From the NCBI RefSeq assembly GCF_002105155.1, contig NW_019028979.1, forward strand, positions 372,001-436,000: a stretch of DNA of 64,000 bases, written 5' to 3'. Below the pieces are notes generated by a model. The model had not been told where the DNA came from. It saw only the letters and a program-made list of their open reading frames with translations, and made no database searches. Numbering within the stretch: position 1 is the first letter of the stretch; every line of letters starts with the position of its first letter. The position numbers and the translations under genes are program-made. This DNA is from Lobosporangium transversale (Eukaryota). Shown in pieces: positions 51,642 through 64,000 of this stretch.

Positions 51642-53979
51642 ATGTTGGTGTCCCTCCGTTTCTTCGTCATGACCATGTTTGTGGGCATTGCTCACTTATC
51701 CACACCTGCAGCTGCCAGTAAGATCTCCTCTATTCTTTGTCATTTGAGATTTTCGACGCGAATTAAATTAGACCAGCCAATAGCGTACGCGTAAACGCGT
51801 CTGTCATCATTTTTTTATTTTCCCCTCTTCTGACCTTGTGATTTGTTGCAATATCTTTCACTCTTTCTTATTCTTAGGTTGCTGTTATTCTTTCACTCAT
51901 CAGAATCTACAGGGATCTGTCCAAAAAAACCGCAACGACAAGGTTGTGGCTGCAGGGCCAGATAGCAGCAACAATGTCCTACCAATCTTCTCACTTTCTC
52001 TTAACATCAGCTCACCAATCGCAAACAATACACCCTCCGATCGATCATATCACGCCACCATCGCTTTCCCTAACAACTACGCGGTCTCTGCAACCCCTGT
52101 AGGATGCTCTCAAGTAAACTCTCATGCTGTCAACTGCACGTCCATTGGGATTAGCCAACTAGCCTTAAACTTTCCCAGCATTACTCTCTCAAGCGGCAAA
52201 GCAAACACCAATTTCGTGCCAAAGTTAGAAGGTGTCGTTTTTAATGGTGAAAAATGTGGGATGCAAAATTCCTGCCCCGCTGCCTTGGCAGTACTGCCTT
52301 CAACATCTGGAACTGTTAGTGTGCAGCCAACTCAAACTGGTACAGCCGATGGCAACAGCTCGGCAACTGGGCCTAATATGATCTTGATCATGGGTTTGGC
52401 TGCGGCAACAGTTATCAGTACGTTGGTTGCAGGTATCTGTATATTCCTTTACCTCAGGAGGATCCGGCAAGAAGGGAAGCCTGGTTACTCGATGCTTCTT
52501 GCTTCTCAGCGCAGAGGTGACCCTGAAACTGGTGCTAGAAGCATCAATGGCAGCCTTAGAAGTGGACACTCTTATGGGGCCGGGACTCTGTATTCTATTT
52601 CGCCACCAATTATAGCCCCGCCTGCCCCTGCATCCTCGGTCCCGACAAAACCTTTGGCCCCACCAAAGCCTCTAGCCCTAGCAAGGCCTGTAGCCCCAAC
52701 AAAGCCTCCAGCCATTGCCCCCAGGGGATTGGAAAGTCATATCGCTACTACAAGGAGGGCAGCTGCTCTCCTTGATGTGACCCCCATTGATAACCCAAAG
52801 CTACGTGAACCTAAACTGGTCATTAGACGTGATTCGGTCCTTTCCTATTGTCATGAAGTTGAGCAAGAAAGCGATGAAATGGACCGAAAAGAGCAGCAAG
52901 AATCTAATGATGCTGCTGCTGTCGCTGCAGACGATCAACCTCTTAAGCAGCCCACTGCCGCTACAGACGATCAACCCCTTCAGCAGCCAACCTCCGCTTC
53001 CAAGGCACCCAGGCCAGTCAAGCATTACTCATGGATGGCAACCCCAGCCACTAGTCGTGATTCCATGGCGAGGACGGATACAAAAGCAACACGAAAAGGT
53101 TTCTTCAAACTAGACCAGCCTGATGAATCCGCGAGCACAACAACAGCGCCTTCCAATCAACAGGATCATCTCCAGATACTCACTTCGTCCGTGCAAGAAG
53201 ATCGTCCACTGAGCCGCTTTTCATTAGCGTTCTCTAATTCTAGGTTGTCCAAGACTCTCTCGGCTATAAAGCTTCAGCCGCCAAAGAGCGCATACCTATC
53301 TGCAACTCCATCCAAGCGTGTCCACAGGACGAGTGGAAGCCTCGTTACCACAGTCCGTCCTGAGCACCACCAACAGCATCTTGAACAGTCCCAGCCCAAA
53401 GATCCCAATGCTGAGGATGAAAACGAATGCCCAGAACAGCAAATTTTTGATGTACTAAGCTTTATTGACGCCTTCATGAACCCAGGCGCTCCACCACTTC
53501 CACCTACACCAGCTCAACCCGCTTCTTCCTCTTCGTCTTCTGCTGCTCCTGCTACTACGGTGAGCCGACGCGCCAACTCTAAAAAGCGCCAAAAGTCCGT
53601 ACGCAGAGTACCGACTGGAAGAAAAGCAACAGTGACGGCGACGGTAGCAGCAACTGCAACAGCGACCGCAACAGCGACAGCAGCACCAACAGCAAAAGCA
53701 GCGCCACCATCAAAAGCAATGCCAACGGTAATTGAACAACCAGAAACGACTACTACTGCTACACTAGAAGTACCTGGAACGCAGGAGGCAGCTACAACAA
53801 AACCAGAAACGATAGAAACGATAAAAACGACAGAAACGGCAGAAACGACAGAAACGAAAGCAACGAAAGCAACGACAATAACGAAAACGGTCTCAGTTCA
53901 GAGGCCAAAAAAAAGGCTTGAGCTCCCAGTCCACACTCGACCCGGACATCATAATTCAGGCCTATATGGATATCTGTAG
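51642..53979 (+). CDS. Uncharacterised single-pass (type I) membrane protein
   Basis: A signal-peptide exon (51642-51717, MLVSLRFFVMTMFVGIAHLSTPAAA) is spliced to 51878. It is followed by a six-Cys ectodomain with N-X-S/T sites, a TM helix ILIMGLAAATVISTLVAGICIFLYL then RR, and a long P/A/T-rich tail. Confidence 0.8.
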
Positions 53980-55423
53980 ATAAAACATAAAAAAGCTAAA
54001 AAAAAATAAAAAATAAAAATAAAAATAAAAAGAGTAAAAATATAAATATAAATATAAATGAATCTTTTAACAAAAGACAAAACTGCCTTTATTGAATGTA
54101 AACCAATTCGTATTTGTCAGAGTTGTATCAATTTCGGCCTAGAGGAGTAGCAGGCTGGGAGCTGAAGCTCTTGCAGCCACAAAGGGCCTTAGCCTAGAAA
54201 GCTTCCTCCTTAAAGGGCAACGCTACCACTAGCTGCCCGGATTAGTTCTATAGGTAATATTCTTAAATGCTGCAAATAGTATTTTACGTTTTAGACTGAA
54301 GCATGGTAACAAAGCTACCCTGACCCCCAGTTTTCGTCACCTACATTCTTGATTCCCTGTCTTCCTCGCTTTATGATCCTTCACCTCCTCGCCTTCCTCG
54401 TCTTATGTCATCACCCTGTTCCCCATAGCATCCCTCGTTAGCCATAATTAGTGTTACATAGACATTTTACAAAAAAAAAAAAAAAAAAAAAAGAAATCAG
54501 GCCATTCTGCTTGATAATATTAGGCAGTCAAGACACGGCGAGGAGATTGGCTAGAGAAGAAGAAAGAGCTATCCCTATACATTAGCATTTGAGCGTGAAG
54601 TAAATGCATTGTTTAGGCTATTCCCAAAATCATATGCTTGCAAAGAAAGAGTTGTTTGTTGACAATAAACTCGAATCACGAAAATAAAAAAAAATAAAAA
54701 AAAATAATTGAACCAAGGTCCCCTGGTTAAGTGCTCGAGCGTGGGAGAGAAGTATAATTGTTGGTCGGTGAATTTTTTTTTTTTTTTTTTCATTGTTTAT
54801 TCAAGGGGGGAAAAGGGAAACTCCCCCCTTTTGCAGCCTAGAATATGCAATATTTTCCTGAGGCTAATAACCGTGAGATGAAAAATATTGGTTTTGGCCA
54901 CGAAAGGAGTGCCAAAAAGAACCTTCCATTAATTACATACCTCCGACCATGTAAAAAGAAAGTATGGTGGATTGAGTATCTACTTTGTATTCTCCTTGGG
55001 GAAAATGTGACAATGGGATGCAGGAACAACCCAATCATGCAGTTAGGCACATGAAAAAAAAAAAAAAAAAAAAAAAAAAAGTTATTGATATCATTGTCGT
55101 TAGATGTACAATCATGTTTATAAAACTTGGTTCCTTCTATTTAGTTTACTCAGACTCGGTTTATGGCCTAAATGGTTTTCACAACTGTAAAAAAAAAAAA
55201 AAAAAAAAAAAAAAGTAATGATATTATATATACCAATTACTGAGAAACGATTGCAAGCTATTGGACAATTGACAAATAAAATACACGCGTCCTCAACATT
55301 TTTTTATGGGAGAATTGACTAGGCCAATGAAAACTCGCCGTGCATGTGTTTAATCATCTGCATACATTTCGAATTTGTACTTGTATTTGCATATCGTGAA
55401 GACCCTGCCTGCCCTTGGTTGGA

Positions 55424-55456
<33 letters not shown>

Positions 55457-56998
55457 AAAACATGTCCATTTACCCTAAACCCTTTATTTTAGTAAAGCAA
55501 GGCCTAACCAGACTCTATCAGCTCTTACATCTCCTGCTTTTTGGGTGAATGTACTTCAATTGTTTCAATACGAACGGCATCGAGTAAAAAAAAAAAAAAA
55601 AAAAAAAAAACAATTCTGATATCTAACACCTTATACTTAGTATCCTATGAATATATATCCTATACACATGTACTTGATTCAAAGGACCTGGGACTCATGA
55701 TACAACTTATGGTGGTCATGGCACCAAAGGTTATGCTGATATTCTCCAGATGCTGTCAGGGATGAAGACGTATATACCCATTTAGAGTATTGCTTCCTTT
55801 TCCGCGTTATGTTTTTTTGTTTTTTGCTTTTATTGGATCCTCTTCTTCCGCCGCTCGTTCTGTCCTTGGGCCTCAATTGTGCCCTTTTTAAGCTTCTTTA
55901 TAACATAATCCTGACCCTCTTACCTCCCTCCTCTTTCGGCAAGAATCTTACCAATCTACATTCCCTTTCTGTTGAAGTGATATTAACAACTATGTTTGCG
56001 GATCGTGCGCAAACATTTCTACAAGGGGAGAGGGTACTGTACTCAATTGTTATTTATTAATCCTATTTTACACAAATGGGGAAAGTGTAAAGAAGAGTTC
56101 CCCTCGACTGCTCACCTTGCTATTTTGCTGTTTACACATAGGGGGAAATAGAGTAAATACAATGAAAAATACATGGGAAATGTAATCTTGCAGAGACTTG
56201 TGGAGAAATAAAGACAAACAAACAAACAAACAAACAAGCAAATGAAGTAGCATTAATACCGTCTAAAGCATCAGCTTACCAACTTATCAATAAGTGTCAA
56301 CACAAAGGGGAAAACGGCTCGGCATGACTATCGGTCAGCTTTATTCCTTCCAAAGCGCATCGATAACATTGTCTTTTTTTTTCTTTTTTTTTTTTTTTCC
56401 TCATTCATCCTAACCCAAATATTTTAACGCGTTCCGTTGGACTGCTCTTCGAGTGGTTGCCGTGTCCTAATTGATTGGATGACATTCAGCTGAAATAAAC
56501 AGAAACGTCGGCGTCCATTGGCCAGTGAGCGCTTCAGTTTCTTTTTCGTGACAACTGCAACAACAAAGGTAATATATCTACACGCTTTATGTATTCTATT
56601 TAATCAGCAAACATTGGGCGCATAGGAGCTGAATTTCCTTCTCCATGGCATTGTATATATGCATGAACTTCCGACCGTAAGATAATGCACTGTCAACAAT
56701 GTTACCTACATTTCCCTTGGTCTCTATTCAATAATCAAAGTAAAACTAAAATGCCTCTTATCCGAGCATTGCTAGTTATATGCTTCTAGACGTGCTTAGG
56801 AAAATTCGTGTTCACTCTGGCCTTAATTGACCAACCTTTATGACCTTGTTTTATTGCCATGGACGAGGAGGAAAAAAAATGTATAAAATGACCCAATTCC
56901 TCGATTCCTCTTTTTTTTATTTTTTATTTTCTATTCTTCACCACCTCTTCTGCACCCTACTCTACTCTTTCTCCAAGACAGTCCCACTACTCCAAGCC

Positions 56999-57297
56999 AT
57001 GAAGTTCTTCTCTGTTACCGCTATCGCCTTGGCTTTGGCCTCCTCTGCCTCCGCTGCATTCTCGTCCTGCGGCGCTGCCACAGATTCCTTCCAACTCTCC
57101 GGTATCTCCTATGCCCCTAACCCTCCTAAGGTCAATCAAAACGTCTGTGTTACCGTCAATGGATCCTTGTCCAAGCCCGTCATCCAAGGCTCTTCTATCC
57201 GTGTCACTGGACACGTCTGTAAGGATTTTACATCTACATTATTACTTTTTCCCCTACTTTGACCACGCTCCACGTTCCAATATTGAACCATTTTCGC

Positions 57298-57329
<32 letters not shown>

Positions 57330-57636
57330 TTATCCATTCCTCGTACGCGTACTTTATGAGATAACTATCCATGTACTCATCTCATTTTTTATTTTTTTTA
57401 AAAAAAAATAAATAGGGGGACTGAAGGTCTATGACCAAACATCAGACTTGTGTGCTGCCTTGGCTGGTAGCGCCACCCCTTGCCCTATTGCCACAACTGT
57501 CACCTCCGTAACCCACTGCATTACAGTCCCATCGGAAGTTCCCGCAGGTGTATCCATCACCCTCAAGGCTACTGCTACCAATGGCAGTGGTGAACGTCTC
57601 TTCTGCATCTCTGGACCTTTGACCTTCACCAATTAA
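56999..57636 (+). CDS. Secreted ML-domain (MD-2/NPC2/PG-PI transfer protein-like) lipid-binding protein
   Basis: Signal peptide MKFFSVTAIALALASSASA. Motifs: FSSCG, YAPNPP, DLC......TPCPI, VP.EVPAG, LFCI. One intron at ~57219-57416. Confidence 0.88.
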
Positions 57637-58089
57637 ACAGGGATAAGAGACATTGTTCCTATTCATATCTATTGTATATATCCCTTCCTAACTTTTGATA
57701 AGCTTCTATATGAGGATTTATGGTCAATAAGAAAAGCAGCAAAAATGTAGTTTCTTGTAGCCCCCTCAATATTTGATCAGTTTTAACCTTGATCAAAGAG
57801 TAAATAAAAATTGAAAAAAAAAAAAAAAAAAAAAAAAAAATAGGGTGGCAAATATGCAATATGTTTACGATGCTTTCGATCTCTTCATGTGGTGGATTGG
57901 TTTTCTTGCAACGATCGGCGTCTGTATTTCACTCTTTTTGTAAAAAAAAAAAAAAGAAAAGAAAAAAGAAAAAAAAAAAGGCGCGTCAACACACGTGAGA
58001 GAGGACGTCTCCATTATACTCATTTTCTCATTCAAGAAGAAAAACTTTCATTGTCATTTTGAAAACCAAATACATCTGTCATTTTAACG

Positions 58090-59443
58090 ATGCAAAACTC
58101 CATTCGAGGCGTGCTCATTGATGTCTCTGGTACAGTTCATGTTGGAGACAAAGCAATTCCTGGTGCTGCGAATGCTCTGGATCGACTTCGTGATAGTGGC
58201 ATCCCGGTACATATTGATATAGCGATCTATCAGGCTTTCTGTTAAGAAAAAAAAAAAAAAAAAAAAAAACACTCATACTTTGTTCTTTTTTTTTTTTTTT
58301 TAATAATTGTCCCCTATTACCAGTTCCGTTTCTGTACAAATACAACACAATCATCTGGAGATACTTTAGCTGAGAAGCTCAAAAAACTAGGACTCAATGT
58401 GAATCGCGAGGAGGTAAAATCAGAAAGATCCTCCCACCTCTTCCCTGAGATGTCTTTTTATTCACATTTTAATAATACCCTTTTCTTTTAAAGATCTTTA
58501 CGTCCTTATCTGCGTGCCGACAAATGGTGAAGTCGCGTGGGTTGAGGTGAGATCATTGCTCCTTTTTTCTATTACTCTTATTATCTTTATTTCACAACAA
58601 CTGATTTCTTGAAGAAAATCTTAATTCAAGGCCACTCTTACTCTTGGAACCAGACGCACGCCAAGAGTTTGAAGGCATCGAACATTCTGAACCTCATGAC
58701 TCTGTTGTCGTTGGATTGTCTCCTTCAAGCTTTCAGTATGACGTGGTAAAAAAATATTTTTATTAAAAATGAGGCAAAATGCAATTAAGAAAGTAAAAAG
58801 TAAACAAGAAAGGCTAATTAACTTTTTTTTTTCTATTATTTTTTATCAAAGCTAAACAAAGCATTCAGGCTCCTTATTGAATCTAAATCAACACCTCAGC
58901 CAGCAACATTGGTAGCTGTGCATAAGGCCAAATATTTTGCAGATGGCGCTGACCAAGGCAGGTTGTCAATGGGTCCAGGCGGATTCGTAGAAGCATTGGA
59001 ATACGCCTCAGGCATTAAGGCCCATGTCGTAGGCAAAGTAAGTCCACCCTGCCAACTATTTGTCATTCACAAGGAACTAACTCGAGTGCTGATAAATATC
59101 TATATATTTATCTTTATTATCTGTCCTGAATTTATCTTTGAACCCATCACAGCCCCAAAAGGCATTTTTTGAGTTAGCAATTCAAAATATGGGGCTCGCG
59201 CTTCAGGTATCAACTTCTGAATCCTCCTCCCACTCCGGCTCTTCAGGGATCGTAATGATTGGAGATGATGTGGAGCAGGATCTAGGTGGAGGCGCCGCTG
59301 AACTAGGACTTATTCGATACCTCGTTCAGACAGGTAAATACCGTGCCAAAGATGAAGACCGTGATGTATTCGGCGGTCTAGATGGGACTTTCAAGGATTT
59401 CTCAGCAGCGGTGGATCACATTCTTTCTAGTTATCACAAGTAA
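58090..59443 (+). CDS. HAD-superfamily IIA hydrolase (HDHD2/LHPP-like)
   Basis: Multi-exon. Motifs: [65 protein letters not shown]. Confidence 0.9.
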
Positions 59444-59487
59444 ATATGCTATGTAGTTCAAACCAAACCTTTCGGCTTCCTTTATTG

Positions 59488-59523
<36 letters not shown>

Positions 59524-59623
59524 TGTGCTTATGTACAAGTCATTAAAGAGCACGAAGAATGCTCGTGCCTTTTTTTGTGTAATCAACTTAAAGTGCAAAT
59601 ACGTATGATGTAAAAAAAAAAAC

Positions 59624-61064
59624 TTAGTTCTTGACAGAAAGAGCGGCAACACCAGGGAGATTCTTGCCCTCCAAAAGCTCCAAGGAAGCTCCTCCTCCAG
59701 TCGAGACGTGTGAGATAGAGTCCTCAGCCTTCCATTTGGCAACAGCAGTGGCGGTATCACCGCCTCCAACGATTGAGACAGCACCGTTCTTGGTGGCCTC
59801 AACAACAGCATCCAAAGCAGCCTTGGTGCCTGAGGCAAAAGCGTCATACTCAAAGACACCAGCGGGTCCGTTCCAGAGAATGGTCTTGGCGTTCAAGATG
59901 ACATCCTTGAAGATAGCGTTGGACTTCTCACCACAGTCAAGGCCCATCCAGCCATCAGGAATACCAGTCTCGTCAGTGGCATAGTCGGTCTTGGCCGAGG
60001 CTGAGAAGTCATCGCCGGTGATGTAGTCAACAGGAAGGTAGAGCTTGACTCCCTTAGCCTTGGCAGACTCGACCAATTTGCCGACAATCTCAGCTCCATC
60101 CTTGTCAAAGAGAGACTTGCCAATCTGAAAAAGAAAACAAAAAGAAGTGTATGTTTTAGATTGAATGATGTTGATATGATGTTGGTGAATGACACATGAA
60201 GAAAAAGACTTTTTTTTTGGACTGTTGAAACTACTATTGATTGTTTGTTGGGTATATCACGTCCCGAGAGATAACAGCCTCTTCCCATTGCTATGTCTCT
60301 CCCCAATATGGCGATATTACTGAGATAAGGAAAGACTGTTATCGTCTCACTTATCCTCTTCTTGACGTGACTGACCCTTCGTGCAATCTACCGCGTGTGT
60401 GGTGGGCAATCCCAAATCAAAGATAATAAAAGAAAGCCTTAGAAAATATACAATACCTTGACATCCTCCAAAGTTTTCTTGAAGGTAAAGGCCATACCAC
60501 CTCCAATGATCATAGCATCGACCTTATCCAACAAGTTCTCAATCAGCTGGATCTTATCCGAAACTTTAGCACCCCCTAGAATGGCAAGGAAGGGTTTCTT
60601 TGGCTCCTCGAGTACCTGAGCAAAGAACTGAAGCTCCTTCTTCATCAACAATCCGGCAGCACGAATAGGGAGATCGATGCCAACGACAGACGAATGAGCG
60701 CGGTGAGCAGTACCAAAAGCATCATTGACATAGATATCTCCGAGCTTTGAAAGCGATTCACGGAACTTCTTGACATCTTCTTCCTTGGCCTTGGTAACAT
60801 TACCCTCCTTATCCTTGACCTTGCCTTCTTCCTCAATATGGAAGCGCAAATTCTCAAGAAGGATGACCTTGCCATCTTTGGCATTTGCACAGGTAGCCTC
60901 AATCTCCTCACCTACGCAATCGCTCAAGAACTCAACATCCTTGTGGAGAAGAGATGAGAGCTCAGTGGCAACAGGCTTCAAGCTGTACTTCTCGACCTTC
61001 TTGCCATCAGGACGGCCAAGATGGCTCATCAAGACGACGGCAGAAGCACCTAGAGTGTAAGCGT

Positions 61065-61095
<31 letters not shown>

Positions 61096-61573
61096 TCAGC
61101 TTTTTGTCCCACGAGTTCCTCCAAAGTGGAAAAAAAAAAAAATTCCTGAGCCAAAGGATATGCAATAGGATCGTAATATCGGATCAAATCGCGCTCCGCT
61201 TCTTCACACCCTTCGCACATGTCAGTAAGTGAGCACATCACTTATTATTACACTACAGTTTTTTATCTCTACTAACCATGATCCAAAGCATACTTGATTG
61301 TTGGAAGGGCTGCAACAATACGGGCGTTGTTGGAGATCTTGCCATCGGCAAAGGGAACATTGAAGTCAACGCTATTTGTAAAGGGAACAAAAGGACATCC
61401 ATTTTGTTATTTTTCTGCGTGTGTTAAATGACCGGTTCACGCGTCGTGTCATATCATGTCATGCTCTGAGGAAAATAATATATATATTAATAACTTTCTT
61501 ACCGCATCAAGACCCTCTTGCCGTTAACATCGACCTGGTCAATGATGAGCTTTTCTGAGAGTTTGTTGGACAT
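59624..61573 (-). CDS. PGK1: Phosphoglycerate kinase
   Basis: Exons ~61573-61503, 61372-61278, 61051-60457 and 60125-59624. Motifs: [65 protein letters not shown]. Confidence 0.98.
60250..60377 (-). other. Long imperfect intronic hairpin in PGK (candidate structured RNA)
   Basis: Nested helices GGGT/ACCC, GTCACGTC/GACGTGAT, GAGA/TCTC, GATAACAGTCT/AGGCTGTTATC, TTCCT/GGGAA and TAATAT/ATATTG. Confidence 0.6.
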
Positions 61574-62478
61574 GATGTGGCGTGTAATTTGGCTAATTCG
61601 GTGAATGGTGGAAATGTTTTTACGGTGGAACCGAAAAGAAGAAAAGAGGTTTTGTGTGATCTAAATTTTCCCCACGAGAAATTTTATTCTTGACTGGCAG
61701 CCGCATGTACGTCACATAGCATTATTGCGCCTGATCTACGCCTTTGTATTTCTTGGGCGATCGGCTCCACATTCTGACCCCCAACGAGCTTGTCATTCTC
61801 AATTTCGTAGCTTATTCAAATCGTCGCACCCTTGCTGTGATCATTATCAGATATGAGGCAAGAAACTTTTAGCTGATAATTCAAGAGACACCATGACGAT
61901 ACTGATGAGCAAAATGTGTATATTCTTATAATCAGAACATATCCAGATTCCTGAAAACCTACATCGCTCGGGCTAACATCTCTCGTCATCTGGAGGATCT
62001 GCCTTGTTTTCATGTAACTCAACCTTTCAGTCTTGCTATCTCGTTCCTTCTAAAAACTCCATTCAGTGAATTTTATTTAGACTCTGCCCGCTAAGCATTG
62101 ACTGATAAATCAAATCAATCGCGCCGTATTAGGTATTATGCTTCGACATAGGATGTAAACCTTTTTTTGCGTGGGATATTGCTATGTCAAAATGAAGAAT
62201 ACGAGATTTGGCTAGTTCGTAGTCAAGAATCATTTTCCTCTATGAGCTATCTGGTCTGAATGTCATGTAGCTGATCCTACCACAGTGTAGAGCATAGCAC
62301 GTTATAAATGGAGATAAGAGAAGGTTGCGAGTAGATGTCAGGCTGGTAGCCATGATGACTAATAAATAGCTTTGTTTGTGCAGTCTCAAGGCGATATTTA
62401 TTGAGTGTAATTCAATGTTACTTAGTTTTATGTGTAAGTATTAAAGAGAGAACAGCACTATTTGCCTTTGGTATACAT

Positions 62479-63717
62479 CTAGTAACGAGCGCTTGCACCA
62501 GTAGTCGTGGCAGACGTGGCTGCATTGGTCATAGCTTGATTTGACACTGCGTTCTGGTTCCAGGACAGATAAGTATGATCGCCCAGTCGTCGAGGCTTGT
62601 ACAAGTGGCGAGCAGTGAACAAAAGTCCCAGAACCACACAAAGAACACCTACGACAATATATGCAATACCCAAAAATGGGTTACGTCCTCCCATAAACGA
62701 CACTGTCGAAATCACCAGCGACTTTGTGCCTCCATACGATGTGACATTATAATCTAAACAAAACATGCAAATAATCATTTATTCAAACGTTAACGCTTTA
62801 AAAAGAAAAAAGGAAAAAAAAGAAAATCACATCATCAGTACTTACTCATGTCAATATCAATGGTATAAGTTCCGCTCAACAGATCATCTTGTTCATTCTT
62901 GGAATACAACTTCCTAAAGTTAGGCAAACCAGCAGTGCGCATCCAGACCTGGAAATGCTCATCTTCGCTAGGATTGATGGGCGGGGTTTGAGCAGAGTAT
63001 CCTTTTTTGTATTTTGCCCAGTTAGGTGGGGGTCGGACCATGCTTAGATCTGTGTATCCTGGAGGCCCATACTTCTTTTGATCACTGCTCCATGAGATCC
63101 CAGTATCGGTAAGGATATATGATTTGTTATTGTTAGTGTTACTGTCGGATGGGTACAAGAAAAGCCCCAGCGTATCTAAAGCGAGAAAACAAAAGGTAAA
63201 AAAAATAAAGTAAGCCAACATTTTCTTTTTTGTCGATCGAAGATCACCTGAGGATTATGGCCATCATTCTATAGGAAAGCCAGTATATACCATTGAATAT
63301 CGAGTTAGCGATCAAACCACAAGGATAGATGGGGTAATCGACCCCATTCTCTTTGACAATGGCAAGTGGTTCACATGAACCACCATTAAGTTCTGCTACA
63401 CTGCGTGGTGCTCCAGATAACTGCTTTGCGTCCAAACTCTTCACATAGCGACGGTGGTTCTGATAAAAATTAGTGAGGCGATAGTAGACAAAGACGGGTT
63501 TCTTCAAGGTGACAGGCAAGTTGAACTTGATGGTGCATTTCCGTGTTTGCCAAGTCTCGCCGTTGCCGGAACCAACTGCTGGGATTGATTTGTACTCTGG
63601 TGGCACTCCGTCACCAGAGGAGCCGGGAAAATTGACTGAATATGAGTCCTGCGGGACCTGGACAAATGTAGGACCGACCTTATCACATTGTGTATAATCA
63701 ATATTGACCTCCGCAAC
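62479..63717 (-). CDS. CDC50: Cdc50/Lem3-family flippase beta subunit (partial; 5' exons lie beyond the right edge)
   Basis: Motifs: [93 protein letters not shown]. Confidence 0.95.
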
Positions 63718-64000
63718 CTGCGCAAAAAATAAAAGAAAAAAAATCAGGAAATGCGGATATAATGTGAGCCTTTGTCGATTAATATAATGAGGAAAGAGAC
63801 AGCCTAGGGTTTTCTCCCTCTCATTGTTATGCTTGGCTTTGGCTGTTGGAGTATCCTTGCATGATTTATACTAAATTGATTGATTGGTAGTCCATACTGT
63901 ATTTTCGCCCTTGCTTCTTTTTTCTGCAAACAAGGTTGGCTTACTGGCTGACTGGCTGATTTCACTGTGCCTAAAATATCCAATGCTCATACTCATTTGA

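Noticed and set aside
54130..54450. Purine-rich (- strand) stretch resembling a coding or TE relic
   Set aside because: Multiple stops and no recognisable domain.
2363..59859. Many 60-130 aa ORFs rich in poly-F or poly-K
   Set aside because: They are translations of T/A homopolymers in introns and intergenic DNA, or antisense to real exons.
61095..61243. Box C/D snoRNA in a PGK intron
   Set aside because: The C box is imperfect (GTGATGT) and sequestered in a hairpin, and I could not identify a convincing terminal stem or rRNA guide.
26676..63717. Lipid-related gene cluster (flavoprotein, 5-phosphatase, LDAH, ML protein, Cdc50)
   Set aside because: These genes are interspersed with unrelated housekeeping genes, with no shared pathway or backbone enzyme.

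Overview
Gene-dense, intron-rich eukaryotic DNA, almost certainly fungal: it carries a Zn(II)2Cys6/Fungal_trans factor and short GT-AG introns with CTRAY branch points. Gene content and style suggest an early-diverging fungus (Mucoromycota, Mortierellaceae-like); that placement is my inference. Splicing by eye gives 20 intact protein-coding genes plus one apparently disrupted gene. In order: Rrg7/DUF2034 (partial), PRL-type phosphatase, MOCS2B/MoaE, CP2/Grainyhead TF, TPT-family transporter, penta-EF-hand Pef1, D-amino-acid oxidase, Apc5, Rpr2/Rpp21, a COG2907-like flavoprotein, pinin-like, inositol 5-phosphatase, LDAH, Zn-cluster TF, septin, an orphan type-I membrane protein, an ML/NPC2 protein, an HDHD2/LHPP-like HAD, PGK and Cdc50 (partial). 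I found no tRNA, rRNA, CRISPR array or intact transposon. Most short ORFs in the track are artefacts of very abundant 20-35 nt A/T homopolymers. The most striking unexplained signal is non-coding. Most of the longer introns I examined contain nested inverted repeats that fold into rod-like stems, several closing just upstream of a branch-point motif. Several 3' splice sites are preceded by long poly(A) rather than pyrimidine tracts. Similar nested stems lie in two gene-free regions. All folding was done by eye and needs shuffled-sequence and comparative controls.
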